64,000 nucleotides of DNA, taken from positions 371,408-435,407 of the forward strand of contig NIVC01000838.1 in the NCBI GenBank assembly GCA_002269645.1, in the 5' to 3' direction. The stretch's first letter is position 1. Each line of letters starts with the position of its first letter. Position numbers and translations under genes: made by a program. The notes beneath the pieces are model-generated. The model saw only the letters and a list, made by a program, of their open reading frames with translations. It was not told where the DNA came from and searched no databases. Positions 63,228 through 64,000 of the stretch are shown here, in pieces. Source of the DNA: Macrostomum lignano (Eukaryota).

Positions 63228-63463
63228 CTAAGTTTGTCGCCGTTTGATCATCTGCTCTTTAGATGCCCTCGGAGCCGAGGAAGCCGCTATCCACGATGCG
63301 ACCGAATAGGGCGTAGGCCTCGCGTAGGCGTCCTCGGGCATGCCGTCCAGGATCAGGTCGAGAACGCGGCCGTCGCGGGCGAATTCCATGGTGCGGACGA
63401 GTTTGTTGCGCTGCTCGGCGGTCAGGTTGACCTTCTTGGCGTAGTCATCCACGCTGCGCTCCT
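63228..63463 (-). CDS. Probable terminal exon of an unidentified gene extending beyond the right edge
   Basis: Acceptor CTCCCCACAG at 63464-63465, GC3-rich open frame ERSVDDYAKKVNLTAEQRNKLVRTMEFARDGRVLDLILDGMPEDAY..., stop at 63228; the upstream sequence is an intron-like minisatellite. Confidence 0.55.
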
Positions 63464-63477
63464 CTGTGGGGAGGGTT

Positions 63478-63865
63478 CAGGATGGGCAGGATGGGTCAGG
63501 ATGGGTCAGGATGGGTCAGGATGGGTTAGGATGGGTCAGGATGGGCAGGATGGGTCAGGATGGGTCAGGATAGGTTAGAATAGGTCGAGATGGGTCAGAA
63601 TAGGTCAGGCCGGGTCAGGGCAGGTCAGAATGCGTCAGGATTGGTCAGGATTGGTCAGGGTGGGTAAGAGTGGATCAGATGGATCAGGATGGGTCAGGAT
63701 GGAGGATGGGTCAGAATAGGTCAGGCTGGGTCAGGGTAGGTCAGGATGGGTCAGGATGGGCAGGATTTGTCAAAGTAGGTCAGGCCGAGTCAGGGTAGGT
63801 CAGGGTGGGTCAGGATGGGTCAGGGTGGGTCAGGGTGGGTCAGGGTGGGTCAGAATGGGTCAGTT
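63478..63865. repeat. 10-bp repeat (GGGTCAGGAT), related to the 25480-25995 array
   Basis: Direct reading. Confidence 0.9.
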
Positions 63866-64000
63866 GGACTCAAAATAGCTTAGGCGAAGTCATATTAGAT
63901 CAGAACGGACTAGATCAAGTCAGCTGTGAGATGAGTAGAGTCAGTTAAGTCCTTATAGCCGTGAGAATAGTAGCTGAGCAACTTTGATCAATTTCTTCAG

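Overview
Eukaryotic (animal) genomic window, not prokaryotic: spliced GT-AG genes whose introns are largely filled with minisatellites. The style suggests a free-living flatworm such as Macrostomum, but that is inference only. By hand-splicing I reconstruct five genes: an 8-exon SLC5/SGLT-type sodium:solute symporter (-), a 5-exon ADMP-like BMP/TGF-beta ligand (-), a 6-exon NPC1 (+) and two tandem 6-exon divergent cation-type Cys-loop channel subunits (-). There is also a two-exon acidic/coiled-coil gene of unknown family (+), a partly destroyed ionotropic glutamate receptor (-) and the terminal exon of a gene entering from the right edge. Mobile DNA comprises a Penelope-like element with inverted pLTRs each carrying a hammerhead-ribozyme core, a Tc1 deletion derivative, two hAT-type MITEs (one only 47 bp), a tRNA-derived SINE family, a CORE-SINE, RTE and LOA/I-type LINE fragments and a probable Crypton fragment. 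About 25 tandem-repeat arrays account for most long ORFs in the supplied track. Four of the five reconstructed genes carry single-base deletions, all in the same direction, which most likely reflects long-read consensus error. The most unusual signals are intron arrays that look seeded from splice-site sequence, a recurrent CTGAC/GTCAG core across unrelated arrays, exon-restricted homogenisation of the pore exon between the two Cys-loop paralogs, and a SINE hairpin showing compensatory change that has itself become a minisatellite. Exon coordinates were counted by eye; repeat boundaries are approximate.
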